From Escherichia coli (GTDB taxonomy: Bacteria; Pseudomonadota; Gammaproteobacteria; Enterobacterales; Enterobacteriaceae), in NCBI RefSeq assembly GCF_003334385.1, contig NZ_QOWN01000031.1: 54,847 bases of DNA. One strand, 5' to 3'. Position 1 is the stretch's first letter; every line of letters begins with the position of its first letter. A model generated the notes under the pieces. The model made no database searches. It had not been told where the DNA came from and was given only the letters and a program-made list of their open reading frames with translations. Shown here piece after piece: positions 1 through 12,505 of this stretch. The translations under genes were made by a program, and so were the position numbers.

Positions 1-1
1 G

Positions 2-739
2 TGGCTTGCGCAGTGCGGGCTGACGGTGGAGCAACTGGCCAGACAGGTGGAGCCGGAATACACACCGGCGCGAAAAGCTCATCTTTATCACTGCGACCAC
101 CGGGGACTGCCGCTGGCGCTTATCAGCGAAGACGGCAATACGGCGTGGAGCGCGGAATATGATGAATGGGGCAACCAGCTTAATGAGGAGAACCCGCATC
201 ATGTGTATCAGCCGTACCGTCTGCCAGGGCAGCAGCATGATGAGGAATCAGGGCTGTACTATAACCGTCACCGGTACTACGATCCGTTGCAGGGGCGGTA
301 TATTACTCAGGACCCGATGGGGTTGAAAGGGGGATGGAATTTATATCAGTATCCTTTAAATCCACTACAACAAATTGACCCTATGGGATTATTGCAGACT
401 TGGGATGATGCCAGATCTGGAGCATGTACGGGGGGAGTTTGTGGTGTTCTTTCACGTATAATAGGACCAAGTAAATTTGATAGTACTGCAGATGCTGCGT
501 TAGATGCTTTGAAAGAAACGCAGAATAGATCTCTATGTAATGATATGGAATACTCTGGTATTGTCTGTAAAGATACTAATGGAAAATATTTTGCATCTAA
601 GGCAGAAACTGATAATTTAAGAAAGGAGTCATATCCTCTGAAAAGAAAATGTCCCACAGGTACAGATAGAGTTGCTGCTTATCATACTCACGGTGCAGAT
701 AGTCATGGCGATTATGTTGATGAATTTTTTTTCAAGTAG
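2..739 (+). CDS. rhsD: Rhs protein C-terminal end (5' partial): conserved core end with DPxGL motifs followed by a variable C-terminal toxin domain
   Basis: Open frame from the window start; translation contains the typical Rhs core end ([25 protein letters not shown]), then a divergent tail; the following gene is ybbC as in K-12. Confidence 0.75.
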   Translation, partial: WLAQCGLTVEQLARQVEPEYTPARKAHLYHCDHRGLPLALISEDGNTAWSAEYDEWGNQLNEENPHHVYQPYRLPGQQHDEESGLYYNRHRYYDPLQGRYITQDPMGLKGGWNLYQYPLNPLQQIDPMGLLQTWDDARSGACTGGVCGVLSRIIGPSKFDSTADAALDALKETQNRSLCNDMEYSGIVCKDTNGKYFASKAETDNLRKESYPLKRKCPTGTDRVAAYHTHGADSHGDYVDEFFFK

Positions 740-938
740 CGATAAAAATCTTGTAAGAAGTAAAGATAATAATCTTGAAGCATTTTATCTCGCAACACCT
801 GATGGACGATTTGAGGCGCTTAATAATAAAGGAGAATATATTTTTATCAGAAATAGTGTCCCGGGATTGAGTTCAGTATGCATACCGTATCATGATTAAT
901 TTTAGTGCTTTTATTAGTGGGGCCTATAAGGAGATTCA

Positions 939-1307
939 ATGAAATATAGTTCAATATTTTCGATGCTTTCATTTTTTATACTATTTGTCTGTAATGAGAC
1001 AGCTGTTTACGGTTCTGATGAAAACATTATTTTTATGAGGTATGTGGAAAAATTACATTTAGATAAATACTCTGTTAAAAATACGGTAAAAACTGAAACA
1101 ATGGCGATACAATTAGCTGAAATATATGTTAGGTATCGCTATGGCGAACGGATTGCAGAAGAAGAAAAACCATATTTAATTACGGAACTACCAGATAGTT
1201 GGGTTGTTGAGGGAGCAAAGTTACCTTATGAAGTTGCGGGTGGTGTATTTATTATAGAAATTAATAAGAAAAATGGATGTGTTTTGAATTTCCTACATAG
1301 TAAATAA
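939..1307 (+). CDS. ybbC: Small protein following the Rhs C-terminal toxin, putative cognate immunity protein
   Basis: 122-aa ORF with AAGGAG ribosome-binding site upstream, AT-rich, position immediately after the Rhs C-terminus; length matches K-12 YbbC. Confidence 0.7.
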   Translation: MKYSSIFSMLSFFILFVCNETAVYGSDENIIFMRYVEKLHLDKYSVKNTVKTETMAIQLAEIYVRYRYGERIAEEEKPYLITELPDSWVVEGAKLPYEVAGGVFIIEINKKNGCVLNFLHSK

Positions 1308-2017
1308 TGCTGGCGCTGATGGATGCGGATGGAAACATTGCGTGGAGCGGGGAGTATGATGAGTGGGGCAACCAGCTGAATGAAGAGAACCCGCATCACC
1401 TGCACCAGCCGTACCGGCTGCCGGGGCAGCAGTATGATAAGGAGTCGGGGCTGTACTACAACCGGAACCGGTACTACGATCCGTTGCAGGGGCGGTATAT
1501 CACTCAGGACCCGATAGGGCTGGAGGGGGGATGGAGTCTGTATGCGTATCCGCTGAATCCGGTGAATGGTATTGATCCATTAGGGTTAAGTCCCGCAGAT
1601 GTAGCGCTAATAAGAAGAAAAGATCAACTAAACCATCAAAGAGCATGGGATATATTATCTGATACTTATGAAGATATGAAGAGATTAAATTTAGGTGGGA
1701 CTGATCAATTTTTCCATTGTATGGCATTTTGTCGAGTGTCTAAATTAAATGACGCTGGTGTTAGCCGATCGGCGAAAGGGCTGGGTTATGAAAAAGAGAT
1801 TAGAGATTACGGGTTAAATCTGTTCGGTATGTACGGCAGAAAAGTAAAGCTATCCCATTCTGAAATGATTGAAGATAATAAAAAAGACTTGGCTGTAAAT
1901 GACCATGGGTTGACATGTCCATCAACAACAGATTGCTCAGATAGATGTAGTGATTATATTAATCCAGAGCATAAAAAAACGATAAAGGCTTTACAAGATG
2001 CTGGCTATCTCAAGTAA
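1307..2017 (+). pseudogene. ylbH: Orphan Rhs C-terminal module (displaced core fragment plus alternative toxin domain)
   Basis: Translation repeats the Rhs core end ([33 protein letters not shown]) and then diverges; start overlaps the ybbC stop; no full Rhs core upstream. Confidence 0.65.
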
Positions 2018-2234
2018 TCTATCAAAGATGATAATATTTATTTTTGCTATTATAATCATTGTTGTTTTATGCGTAATTACTTATCTTTATTTATACAAAG
2101 ATGAATCTCTTGTAAGTAAACATTACATAAACTATATGGCAATACCAGAAAATGATGGAGTTTTTACATGGCTCCCAGATTTTTTTTCCGCACGTAGCGG
2201 TGGATATATCAATATACACAAATGTAGAAGATGA
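1998..2234 (+). CDS. Small hydrophobic protein, possible immunity partner of the orphan Rhs module
   Basis: 78-aa ORF overlapping the end of the orphan module; strongly hydrophobic N-terminus ([22 protein letters not shown]); AT-rich. Confidence 0.35.
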   Translation: MLAISSNLSKMIIFIFAIIIIVVLCVITYLYLYKDESLVSKHYINYMAIPENDGVFTWLPDFFSARSGGYINIHKCRR

Positions 2235-2291
2235 TTATTTTTTTCTTATTTTTCCCTAACAAATGATGATGGGGGTAGGTTTAAGAAAACA

Positions 2292-2489
2292 TTGACAGTG
2301 AGGGCCAGGGAACAAGTGGCGAAAATCGTATCAAAGAATGATCCAGATACAAAAAAAGTGTGGTGTAAATATGGTAAGATACCAGGGCAAGGGGATGGTG
2401 TAAACCTTTTTTTTGTTGGTGAAATTAATGTTACGCATTATTTTATAACAAATATTGGAGCTGGATTGCCTGATGCTTGTGCAGAGTAA
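2292..2489 (+). CDS. Hypothetical small protein
   Basis: 65-aa ORF in AT-rich Rhs-associated DNA; no recognisable motif. Confidence 0.2.
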   Translation: MTVRAREQVAKIVSKNDPDTKKVWCKYGKIPGQGDGVNLFFVGEINVTHYFITNIGAGLPDACAE

Positions 2490-3003
2490 TTGCTTGAATT
2501 AAGAGTCTATCCCATATCGAAGTCGTCAACTTCGTAGTGAGGAAAAGTAAAATTCCTGACTGAGAAAAGACATGTCGGCTATTGTGTAAAGCCATATAGC
2601 TCAGACGATGAATATCTACTCGTATTCAGTTGTTTATTGAGGGTGAGTTCCGACCCTGAAACAACAAATAAAATGAACAGTCAGAGAGTTTACATAGAAT
2701 TGCACTGGTCTTTTACGATATCTGACATTGTGTAATACATATTCAGCCATGCATTAATTAAAATGTTACGTGTTTAATGTGAGTCCCTATCTGAAAATAA
2801 ATAATCCTTCCGGATTAAAATAAATTCTTGCCGGGAAAGAAAGAGGAAATAAACCATTAGCGGAAAACCAGCGGCACGCCAGGGTGACATGCCCCAGTAC
2901 GGCGGCCCGATAGTCCAGGGTTCAGCGGGGGTACTGATAGTCGCGCCGACTGCATCGAGAACTCCATACAACTTTTTACGGAACGTCACCTGATAAAATT
3001 TGT

Positions 3004-3411
3004 TCAGTATCGTCTTTTGAGATTCTCAAGGTTATGGAGTAACCAGACAGAACGGACACCACTGTCGGAGATAAAAACCCCCTGTTTACGCAGCTCGTTG
3101 CTGGCCCGGTGCTGACCATGTGTCGGGAAAGCGACGGCGTAATCAACAACAGCCTGTTCAGTTGCCTCATCGGTACGGTTCTTAAGGTTAGGAGCGCGGC
3201 GACTACGATTAATCTGCGCATCCACACCGCCTTCAGCGACCAGTTCGCGGTAACGATAAAACGTATCACGCGAAACGCCCATGATTTTACAGGCTTTTGA
3301 TACGTTGCTGAGTTCTTCAGCCAGATTGAGCAAACCGGCTTTGTGTTTGATGACGGGATTGGCAGTATGAAGCATGAGAGTTACCTCTTGTTTTGGATAA
3401 GGATTCGACAC
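3004..3411 (-). pseudogene. ylbG: Transposase-like helix-turn-helix fragment (truncated or frameshifted IS remnant)
   Basis: 135-aa ORF with an HTH-like segment (KACKIMGVSRDTFYRYRE); continues in overlapping minus-strand frames 2976-3269 and 2774-2989, suggesting a decayed gene. Confidence 0.45.
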
Positions 3412-3490
3412 TCATATCAAAACCGGTAACTCTCAACCTTTCAAGGCCATGTGTCAGATCAAGTCGCGACTAATACAAATACGTCCCTCA

Positions 3491-4600
<1,110 letters not shown>

Positions 4601-4653
4601 TCAAATCAGCTTGCGCGCTATTTTACGCGCCAACGCGCAAGGAAACTTGATTT

Positions 4654-5580
4654 TTAACTGCGTGGGTTGCCGAAAATTTCTAAAAATCCGCTGATTTCCG
4701 GCCTGCGCTGGGTAAACAAGGTCACAATATCTTCTACCGCTTTGCCGCTGCCAAATTTGCGCCATGCCAGACTCAATGGCGAAGGAGGGCGCATCGTTGG
4801 GATTACCCGGCTGACCAGTTGTTGATTATCGATCATTGACTGGCAAAGCGATTTTGGCAAAAAACCAATGCCAACGCCCGCCAGATGGGCGGCGATTTTC
4901 GTTTCCATATCGGGAACAATAATCTCTTTTTGCCCTGGCAATCGCCAGGCGACGCGTTTGGTTAAGGTGCGGGCGCTGTCTTCAATATTGACCGCCGGAA
5001 AGCGCCGCAACTGCGCTTCTGTTAGCGGCTCTTCAACGTTCGCCAGCGGATGATCCGCCGCCATGACAAAGCGCCATTGCACCGATCCTAAGGGATCAAG
5101 ACTAAAGGTATTTGCCAGCGCCTCAGTTCCCGTGACGCCGATAGCCAGCGAAAAACCTTCGTACAATAGCGAGTCCCAGACGCCCATATAGATTTGTCGG
5201 GAGATGTGAAACTGGGTAAAGGGGTAACGCTCATTCAGCCACGCCAGCAACTGGGCGACGGCCTGGGGGTTGTAGAGCAGGTTGTTGATGACAATATTCA
5301 CCTGGCGTTCCACGCCATCATTCACCTGTTGCAGCTCGCTTGGCATACTTTCCAGCCAGCTCAGCCAGTCTCTGGCCTGGGAAAGTAGATGCTCGCCAGC
5401 CGCTGTCAACGTCACGCTGCGAGTCGTACGGAAAAACAGCGCTACTCCGGTATTCTCTTCCAGAAGTTTAATGCGATAACTGATCGTCGCCGTGGTTTTA
5501 CATAATCGTTCTGCCGCTTTTGAAAAACTTCCTGTTTCAGCAACCGCAATGAAAGTCCGCAAGGTTTCTGGATCGAACAT
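4654..5580 (-). CDS. allS: LysR-family transcriptional activator of allantoin utilisation
   Basis: 308-aa ORF with N-terminal LysR HTH ([23 protein letters not shown]); divergent from allA. Confidence 0.85.
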
Positions 5581-5809
5581 CTTCAGGTATCCCCTTTTAA
5601 ATCCGCAAGTTGCGTGATTTTCTTATCCTCTGATTTATCAGTATTTTTACATGATAACCCTGTTCAATTTGTGGACTAAATCTAGTTTTGGAAAAATATT
5701 CCAGCTTTTGTATTGATGTTGTTCTCTTAAGGTTTTAGATTGCCTGTTATTGAAACCAAGCTGACCGGTCGGCGGTGGTTGAACGGAATTATGTTACAAG
5801 GACAAAAAG

Positions 5810-6292
5810 ATGAAACTTCAGGTATTACCGTTAAGTCAGGAAGCCTTTAGTGCTTATGGCGACGTAATCGAAACGCAGCAACGGGATTTTTTCCATATTA
5901 ACAATGGCCTGGTGGAGCGTTACCACGATTTGGCGCTGGTTGAGATTCTTGAGCAAGACCGTACGCTTATCAGCATTAACCGCGCGCAACCGGCGAATCT
6001 GCCGCTGACCATTCACGAACTCGAACGTCATCCGCTGGGTACTCAGGCCTTTATCCCGATGAAAGGTGAGGTGTTTGTGGTGGTCGTGGCGTTAGGTGAC
6101 GACAAACCAGACCTGTCAACGCTGCGGGCGTTTATCACCAACGGCGAACAGGGAGTGAATTACCATCGTAACGTCTGGCATCACCCACTTTTCGCCTGGC
6201 AGCGCGTCACCGATTTTCTGACCATCGATCGCGGCGGCAGTGACAACTGTGATGTTGAAAGTATTCCTGAACAGGAACTCTGTTTTGCGTGA
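5810..6292 (+). CDS. allA: Ureidoglycolate lyase
   Basis: 160-aa ORF; synteny allS-allA-allR. Confidence 0.85.
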
Positions 6293-6369
6293 CGCCTGCA
6301 ACCGACTTGCATAAGATAAACTAATTGTTCATTGTTTATGCTCACTTGTAGGTCGGAGTTAACGTAGGT

Positions 6370-7185
6370 ATGACGGAAGTTAGACGGCGCGGCAGGCCAG
6401 GACAGGCGGAGCCTGTGGCACAGAAGGGCGCACAGGCGTTAGAGCGGGGAATTGCGATTCTGCAATATTTGGAAAAAAGTGGGGGAAGTTCGTCGGTTAG
6501 CGATATTTCTCTCAATCTGGATTTGCCGCTCTCCACGACCTTTCGCTTGCTGAAGGTTTTACAGGCAGCGGATTTTGTCTATCAGGACAGTCAATTAGGC
6601 TGGTGGCATATAGGATTAGGTGTCTTTAACGTCGGTGCGGCGTACATCCATAACCGCGATGTCCTCTCCGTCGCCGGGTCGTTTATGCGCCGCCTGATGT
6701 TACTTTCCGGCGAAACGGTCAATGTCGCGATCCGTAACGGCAATGAAGCGGTATTAATTGGTCAGTTAGAGTGTAAATCGATGGTCAGGATGTGTGCGCC
6801 ACTGGGCAGTCGTCTGCCACTGCATGCTTCCGGTGCGGGCAAAGCGCTGCTTTATCCGCTGGCGGAAGAGGAGTTGATGAGCATCATTCTGCAAACCGGT
6901 TTGCAGCAGTTTACGCCAACTACGCTTGTGGATATGCCCACCTTGCTGAAGGACCTGGAACAAGCGCGTGAACTGGGCTATACCGTAGATAAAGAAGAGC
7001 ATGTTGTAGGTCTGAATTGCATAGCTTCAGCAATTTACGATGATGTCGGTAGTGTTGTTGCCGCTATCTCCATCTCCGGGCCTTCATCAAGACTGACAGA
7101 AGATCGTTTTGTCAGTCAGGGTGAGCTGGTCAGAGACACCGCCCGCGATATCAGCACGGCGTTGGGACTGAAAGCACATCCATAA
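6370..7185 (+). CDS. allR: IclR-family repressor of the allantoin regulon
   Basis: 271-aa ORF with IclR-type N-terminal HTH and C-terminal effector domain; synteny. Confidence 0.85.
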
Positions 7186-7274
7186 TGTCTGTCGCATCCC
7201 GCTCTGCGGAGCGGGTTTTTTTGACAAAATTTGAAAGTTGGAAAAATTTTCCAATAAATAGAGGTAGGAATAAA

Positions 7275-9056
7275 ATGGCAAAAATGAGAGCCGTTGACGC
7301 GGCAATGTATGTGCTGGAGAAAGAAGGTATCACTACCGCCTTCGGTGTTCCGGGAGCTGCAATCAATCCGTTCTACTCAGCGATGCGTAAGCACGGCGGT
7401 ATTCGTCACATTCTGGCGCGTCATGTGGAAGGTGCTTCGCACATGGCGGAAGGTTATACCCGCGCAACGGCAGGGAATATCGGCGTATGTCTGGGGACTT
7501 CCGGTCCTGCGGGCACGGACATGATCACCGCGCTCTATTCCGCTTCTGCTGATTCCATTCCTATTCTGTGCATTACCGGCCAGGCACCGCGCGCCCGTCT
7601 GCATAAAGAAGATTTTCAGGCCGTAGATATTGAAGCAATTGCTAAACCGGTCAGCAAAATGGCGGTTACAGTTCGTGAAGCGGCGCTGGTGCCTCGCGTG
7701 CTGCAACAGGCATTTCACCTGATGCGTTCTGGTCGTCCGGGTCCGGTACTGGTGGATTTACCGTTCGACGTTCAGGTTGCGGAAATCGAGTTTGATCCTG
7801 ACATGTACGAACCGCTGCCGGTCTACAAACCTGCTGCCAGCCGTATGCAGATCGAAAAAGCTGTAGAAATGTTAATCTAGGCCGAACGTCCGGTGATTGT
7901 TGCCGGGGGCGGGGTAATTAATGCTGACGCAGCTGCACTGTTACAACAGTTTGCTGAACTGACCAGCGTTCCGGTGATCCCAACGCTAATGGGCTGGGGC
8001 TGTATCCCGGACGATCATGAACTGATGGCCGGGATGGTGGGTCTGCAAACCGCGCATCGTTACGGTAACGCAACGCTGCTGGCGTCTGACATGGTGTTTG
8101 GTATCGGTAACCGTTTTGCTAACCGTCATACCGGCTCGGTAGAGAAATACACCGAAGGGCGCAAAATCGTTCATATTGATATTGAGCCGACGCAAATTGG
8201 TCGCGTGCTGTGTCCGGATCTCGGTATTGTCTCTGATGCTAAAGCGGCGCTGACACTGCTGGTTGAAGTGGCGCAGGAGATGCAAAAAGCGGGTCGTCTG
8301 CCGTGTCGTAAAGAATGGGTCGCCGACTGCCAGCAGCGTAAACGCACTTTGCTGCGCAAAACCCACTTCGACAACGTGCCGGTGAAACCGCAGCGCGTGT
8401 ATGAAGAGATGAACAAAGCCTTTGGTCGCGATGTTTGTTATGTCACCACCATTGGTCTGTCACAAATCGCTGCGGCACAAATGCTGCATGTCTTTAAAGA
8501 CCGCCACTGGATCAACTGTGGTCAGGCTGGTCCGTTAGGCTGGACGATTCCGGCTGCGCTAGGGGTTTGTGCCGCTGATCCGAAACGCAATGTGGTGGCG
8601 ATTTCTGGCGACTTTGACTTCCAGTTCCTGATTGAAGAGTTAGCTGTTGGCGCGCAGTTCAACATTCCGTACATCCATGTGCTGGTCAACAACGCTTATC
8701 TGGGGCTGATTCGTCAGTCACAACGCGCTTTTGACATGGACTACTGCGTGCAACTCGCTTTCGAGAATATCAACTCCAGTGAAGTGAATGGCTACGGTGT
8801 TGACCACGTAAAAGTAGCGGAAGGTTTAGGTTGTAAAGCTATTCGGGTCTTCAAACCGGAAGATATTGCGCCAGCCTTTGAACAGGCGAAAGCCTTAATG
8901 GCGCAATATCGGGTACCGGTAGTCGTGGAAGTTATTCTCGAGCGTGTGACCAATATTTCGATGGGCAGCGAACTGGATAACGTCATGGAATTTGAAGATA
9001 TCGCCGATAACGCAGCGGACGCACCGACTGAAACCTGCTTCATGCACTATGAATAA
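7275..9056 (+). pseudogene. gcl: Glyoxylate carboligase (TPP enzyme) interrupted by an in-frame TAG stop at 7878-7880
   Basis: Start [19 protein letters not shown] at 7275; reading frame ...[25 protein letters not shown] continues in the same frame to 9056; ORF track splits it into 7185-7880 and 7893-9056. Confidence 0.85.
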
Positions 9057-9068
9057 GGGAGATAAATA

Positions 9069-9845
9069 ATGTTACGTTTCTCTGCTAATTTATCGATGTT
9101 ATTTGGAGAATATGATTTTCTCGCCCGTTTTGAGAAAGCTGCGCAGTGTGGTTTTCGCGGCGTTGAATTTATGTTTCCTTATGACTACGACATTGAAGAA
9201 TTAAAACATGTGCTGGCGAGTAATAAACTCGAACATACGCTGCACAATTTACCGGCGGGTGACTGGGCGGCGGGGGAGCGCGGTATTGTCTGTATTCCTG
9301 GCCGTGAAGAAGAGTTTCGGGATGGCGTAGCAGCAGCGATTCGTTATGCCCGTGCGCTGGGTAATAAAAAAATTAACTGTCTGGTCGGTAAAACGCCGGC
9401 TGGTTTCAGCAGTGAACAGATTCACGCAACGCTTGTAGAAAACCTGCGTTATGCCGCGAATATGCTGATGAAAGAAGATATTTTATTACTGATTGAACCT
9501 ATTAACCATTTTGATATTCCTGGTTTCCATCTCACCGGAACTCGGCAGGCGCTGAAATTGATTGATGATGTTGGTTGCTGCAATTTGAAAATTCAGTATG
9601 ACATTTATCATATGCAGCGGATGGAAGGTGAATTAACCAACACCATGACTCAGTGGGCTGATAAAATTGGTCACCTGCAAATTGCCGATAATCCGCATCG
9701 CGGCGAACCGGGAACCGGAGAAATTAATTATGATTATCTCTTTAAGGTAATCGAAAATTCTGACTACAACGGTTGGGTTGGGTGTGAATATAAACCCCAA
9801 ACCACCACGGAAGCCGGTTTACGCTGGATGGATCCGTACCGTTAA
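9069..9845 (+). CDS. hyi: Hydroxypyruvate isomerase
   Basis: 258-aa ORF; synteny gcl-hyi-glxR. Confidence 0.85.
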   Translation: MLRFSANLSMLFGEYDFLARFEKAAQCGFRGVEFMFPYDYDIEELKHVLASNKLEHTLHNLPAGDWAAGERGIVCIPGREEEFRDGVAAAIRYARALGNKKINCLVGKTPAGFSSEQIHATLVENLRYAANMLMKEDILLLIEPINHFDIPGFHLTGTRQALKLIDDVGCCNLKIQYDIYHMQRMEGELTNTMTQWADKIGHLQIADNPHRGEPGTGEINYDYLFKVIENSDYNGWVGCEYKPQTTTEAGLRWMDPYR

Positions 9846-9944
9846 AACGTAACGCTATTCAGACAATGCTTTTTTAGGCCGCTAAGTTGGCAGGGGATCG
9901 TGTTGTCTGAATTCAGGAAAAGCGAAATTTAAAAGAGGTTAATT

Positions 9945-10823
9945 ATGAAACTGGGATTTATTGGCTTAGGCATTATGGGTACACCGATGGCCATTAATCT
10001 GGCGCGTGCCGGTCATCAATTACATGTCACGACCATTGGACCGGTTGCTGATGAATTACTGTCACTGGGTGCCGTCAGTGTTGAAACTGCTCGCCAGGTA
10101 ACGGAAGCATCGGACATCATTTTTATTATGGTGCCGGACACACCTCAGGTTGAAGAAGTTCTGTTCGGTGAAAATGGTTGTACCAAAGCCTCGCTGAAGG
10201 GCAAAACCATTGTTGATATGAGCTCCATTTCCCCGATTGAAACTAAGCGTTTCGCTCGTCAGGTGAATGAACTGGGCGGCGATTATCTCGATGCGCCAGT
10301 CTCCGGCGGTGAAATCGGTGCGCGTGAAGGGACGTTGTCGATTATGGTTGGCGGTGATGAAGCGGTATTTGAACGTGTTAAACCGCTGTTTGAACTGCTC
10401 GGTAAAAATATCACCCTCGTGGGCGGTAACGGCGATGGTCAAACCTGCAAAGTGGCAAATCAGATTATCGTGGCGCTCAATATTGAAGCGGTTTCTGAAG
10501 CCCTGCTATTTGCTTCAAAAGCCGGTGCGGACCCGGTACGTGTGCGCCAGGCGCTGATGGGCGGCTTTGCTTCCTCACGTATTCTGGAAGTTCATGGCGA
10601 GCGTATGATTAAACGCACCTTTAATCCGGGCTTCAAAATCGCTCTGCACCAGAAAGATCTCAACCTGGCACTGCAAAGTGCGAAAGCACTTGCGCTGAAC
10701 CTGCCAAACACTGCGAGCTGCCAGGAGTTATTTAATACCTGTGCGGCAAACGGTGGCAGCCAGTTGGATCACTCTGCGTTAGTGCAGGCGCTGGAATTAA
10801 TGGCTAACCATAAACTGGCCTGA
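9945..10823 (+). CDS. glxR: Tartronate semialdehyde reductase
   Basis: 292-aa ORF with N-terminal NAD-binding motif GFIGLGIMG. Confidence 0.85.
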   Translation: MKLGFIGLGIMGTPMAINLARAGHQLHVTTIGPVADELLSLGAVSVETARQVTEASDIIFIMVPDTPQVEEVLFGENGCTKASLKGKTIVDMSSISPIETKRFARQVNELGGDYLDAPVSGGEIGAREGTLSIMVGGDEAVFERVKPLFELLGKNITLVGGNGDGQTCKVANQIIVALNIEAVSEALLFASKAGADPVRVRQALMGGFASSRILEVHGERMIKRTFNPGFKIALHQKDLNLALQSAKALALNLPNTASCQELFNTCAANGGSQLDHSALVQALELMANHKLA

Positions 10824-10991
10824 TACCCGCAATAAAAATGGCCGATATCAGAAAATGAATCGGCCAGCAATATTAAAAAAGAAAGCAGCCAAAGATGTTG
10901 CTTCAGTATTAAAAATAATATTTTTATTTTATTTGTTCCTCATAGCTAGATTAAAACAACGTTATTCGATACGTGAAATTAAGAGGGATTT

Positions 10992-12446
10992 ATGGAACAT
11001 CAGAGAAAACTATTCCAGCAACGCGGCTATAGCGAAGATCTATTGCCGAAAACGCAAAGCCAGCGGACCTGGAAAACATTTAACTATTTTACCTTATGGA
11101 TGGGTTCGGTTCATAACGTTCCCAATTATGTGATGGTCGGCGGCTTTTTTATTCTCGGCTTGTCTACCTTTAGTATTATGCTGGCAATTATCCTCAGCGC
11201 CTTTTTCATTGCCGCGGTAATGGTATTAAACGGTGCTGCGGGCAGTAAATACGGTGTGCCTTTTGCCATGATCCTGCGTGCTTCTTACGGTGTACGTGGT
11301 GCACTGTTTCCCGGATTATTAAGGGGCGGAATTGCCGCCATCATGTGGTTTGGTTTGCAATGTTACGCGGGGTCACTGGCCTGCTTGATTCTGATTGGCA
11401 AAATCTGGCCGGGATTTTTAACTCTCGGTGGTGATTTCACTCTGTTAGGCCTTTCTCTACCGGGCTTAATTACTTTCTTAATCTTCTGGCTGGTCAACGT
11501 TGGTATAGGTTTTGGCGGTGGCAAAGTTTTAAATAAATTCACTGCCATTCTTAACCCGTGCATCTATATCGTTTTCGGCGGTATGGCGATTTGGGCGATT
11601 TCACTGGTCGGGATCGGTCCAATCTTTGACTACATTCCGAGCGGTATTCAGAAAGCAGAAAACGGTGGCTTCCTGTTCCTGGTGGTGATTAACGCGGTAG
11701 TTGCGGTCTGGGCGGCACCGGCGGTGAGCGCATCCGACTTTACGCAAAACGCCCACTCGTTTCGTGAGCAGGCGCTGGGGCAAACGCTGGGTTTAGTTGT
11801 GGCCTATATTCTGTTTGCGGTCGCCGGGGTATGTATTATTGCCGGAGCCAGTATTCACTGCGGCGCTGATACCTGGAACGTGCTGGATATTGTTCAGCGT
11901 TGGGACAGTCTGTTCGCCTCGTTCTTTGCGGTACTGGTTATTCTGATGACAACTATCTCCACTAACGCGACCGGTAATATTATTCCAGCCGGTTATCAGA
12001 TTGCCGCCATTGCACCGACAAAACTGACCTATAAAAACGGCGTACTGATTGCCAGTATTATCAGCTTGCTGATCTGCCCGTGGAAATTAATGGAAAATCA
12101 GGACAGCATTTATCTTTTCCTTGATATTATCGGCGGAATGCTTGGTCCGGTAATTGGTGTCATGATGGCGCATTATTTTGTGGTGATGCGCGGACAAATT
12201 AATCTTGATGAACTGTATACCGCACCTGGCGATTATAAATATTACGATAACGGTTTTAACCTCACTGCGTTTTCAGTAACTCTGGTGGCCGTTATTTTAT
12301 CTCTTGGCGGTAAGTTTATTCACTTTATGGAACCGTTATCGCGTGTTTCATGGTTTGTCGGCGTCATCGTCGCCTTTGCGGCCTACGCCTTATTAAAGAA
12401 ACGTACAACAGCAGAAAAAACAGGAGAGCAAAAAACCATAGGTTAA
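10992..12446 (+). CDS. ybbW: Putative allantoin permease (NCS1-family transporter)
   Basis: 484-aa polytopic membrane protein; synteny. Confidence 0.8.
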   Translation: MEHQRKLFQQRGYSEDLLPKTQSQRTWKTFNYFTLWMGSVHNVPNYVMVGGFFILGLSTFSIMLAIILSAFFIAAVMVLNGAAGSKYGVPFAMILRASYGVRGALFPGLLRGGIAAIMWFGLQCYAGSLACLILIGKIWPGFLTLGGDFTLLGLSLPGLITFLIFWLVNVGIGFGGGKVLNKFTAILNPCIYIVFGGMAIWAISLVGIGPIFDYIPSGIQKAENGGFLFLVVINAVVAVWAAPAVSASDFTQNAHSFREQALGQTLGLVVAYILFAVAGVCIIAGASIHCGADTWNVLDIVQRWDSLFASFFAVLVILMTTISTNATGNIIPAGYQIAAIAPTKLTYKNGVLIASIISLLICPWKLMENQDSIYLFLDIIGGMLGPVIGVMMAHYFVVMRGQINLDELYTAPGDYKYYDNGFNLTAFSVTLVAVILSLGGKFIHFMEPLSRVSWFVGVIVAFAAYALLKKRTTAEKTGEQKTIG

Positions 12447-12505
12447 TTAATCCCGATATTGAACATTGAGTTAAAAACCAATCTGTATTTTACAAGGAGT
12501 TTGTT

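Noticed and set aside
346-657. Antisense ORFs nested inside well-supported genes (for example 346-657, 3734-3985, 10062-10442, 12815-13312, 19038-19655, 23834-24520, 27973-28641, 28651-29178)
   Set aside because: Each lies entirely within a longer ORF on the opposite strand that has a recognisable product; most probably chance ORFs in GC-rich coding sequence.
672-899. 75-aa ORF as an independent gene after the Rhs toxin
   Set aside because: It overlaps the toxin ORF and is in the frame reached by a single-base change in the T8 tract, so it is more likely the frameshifted continuation of the toxin C-terminus than a separate gene.
10855-11133. 92-aa ORF upstream of and overlapping the ybbW start
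   Set aside because: Overlaps the leader and start of the permease gene in another frame, lysine-rich low-complexity translation; likely not a gene.
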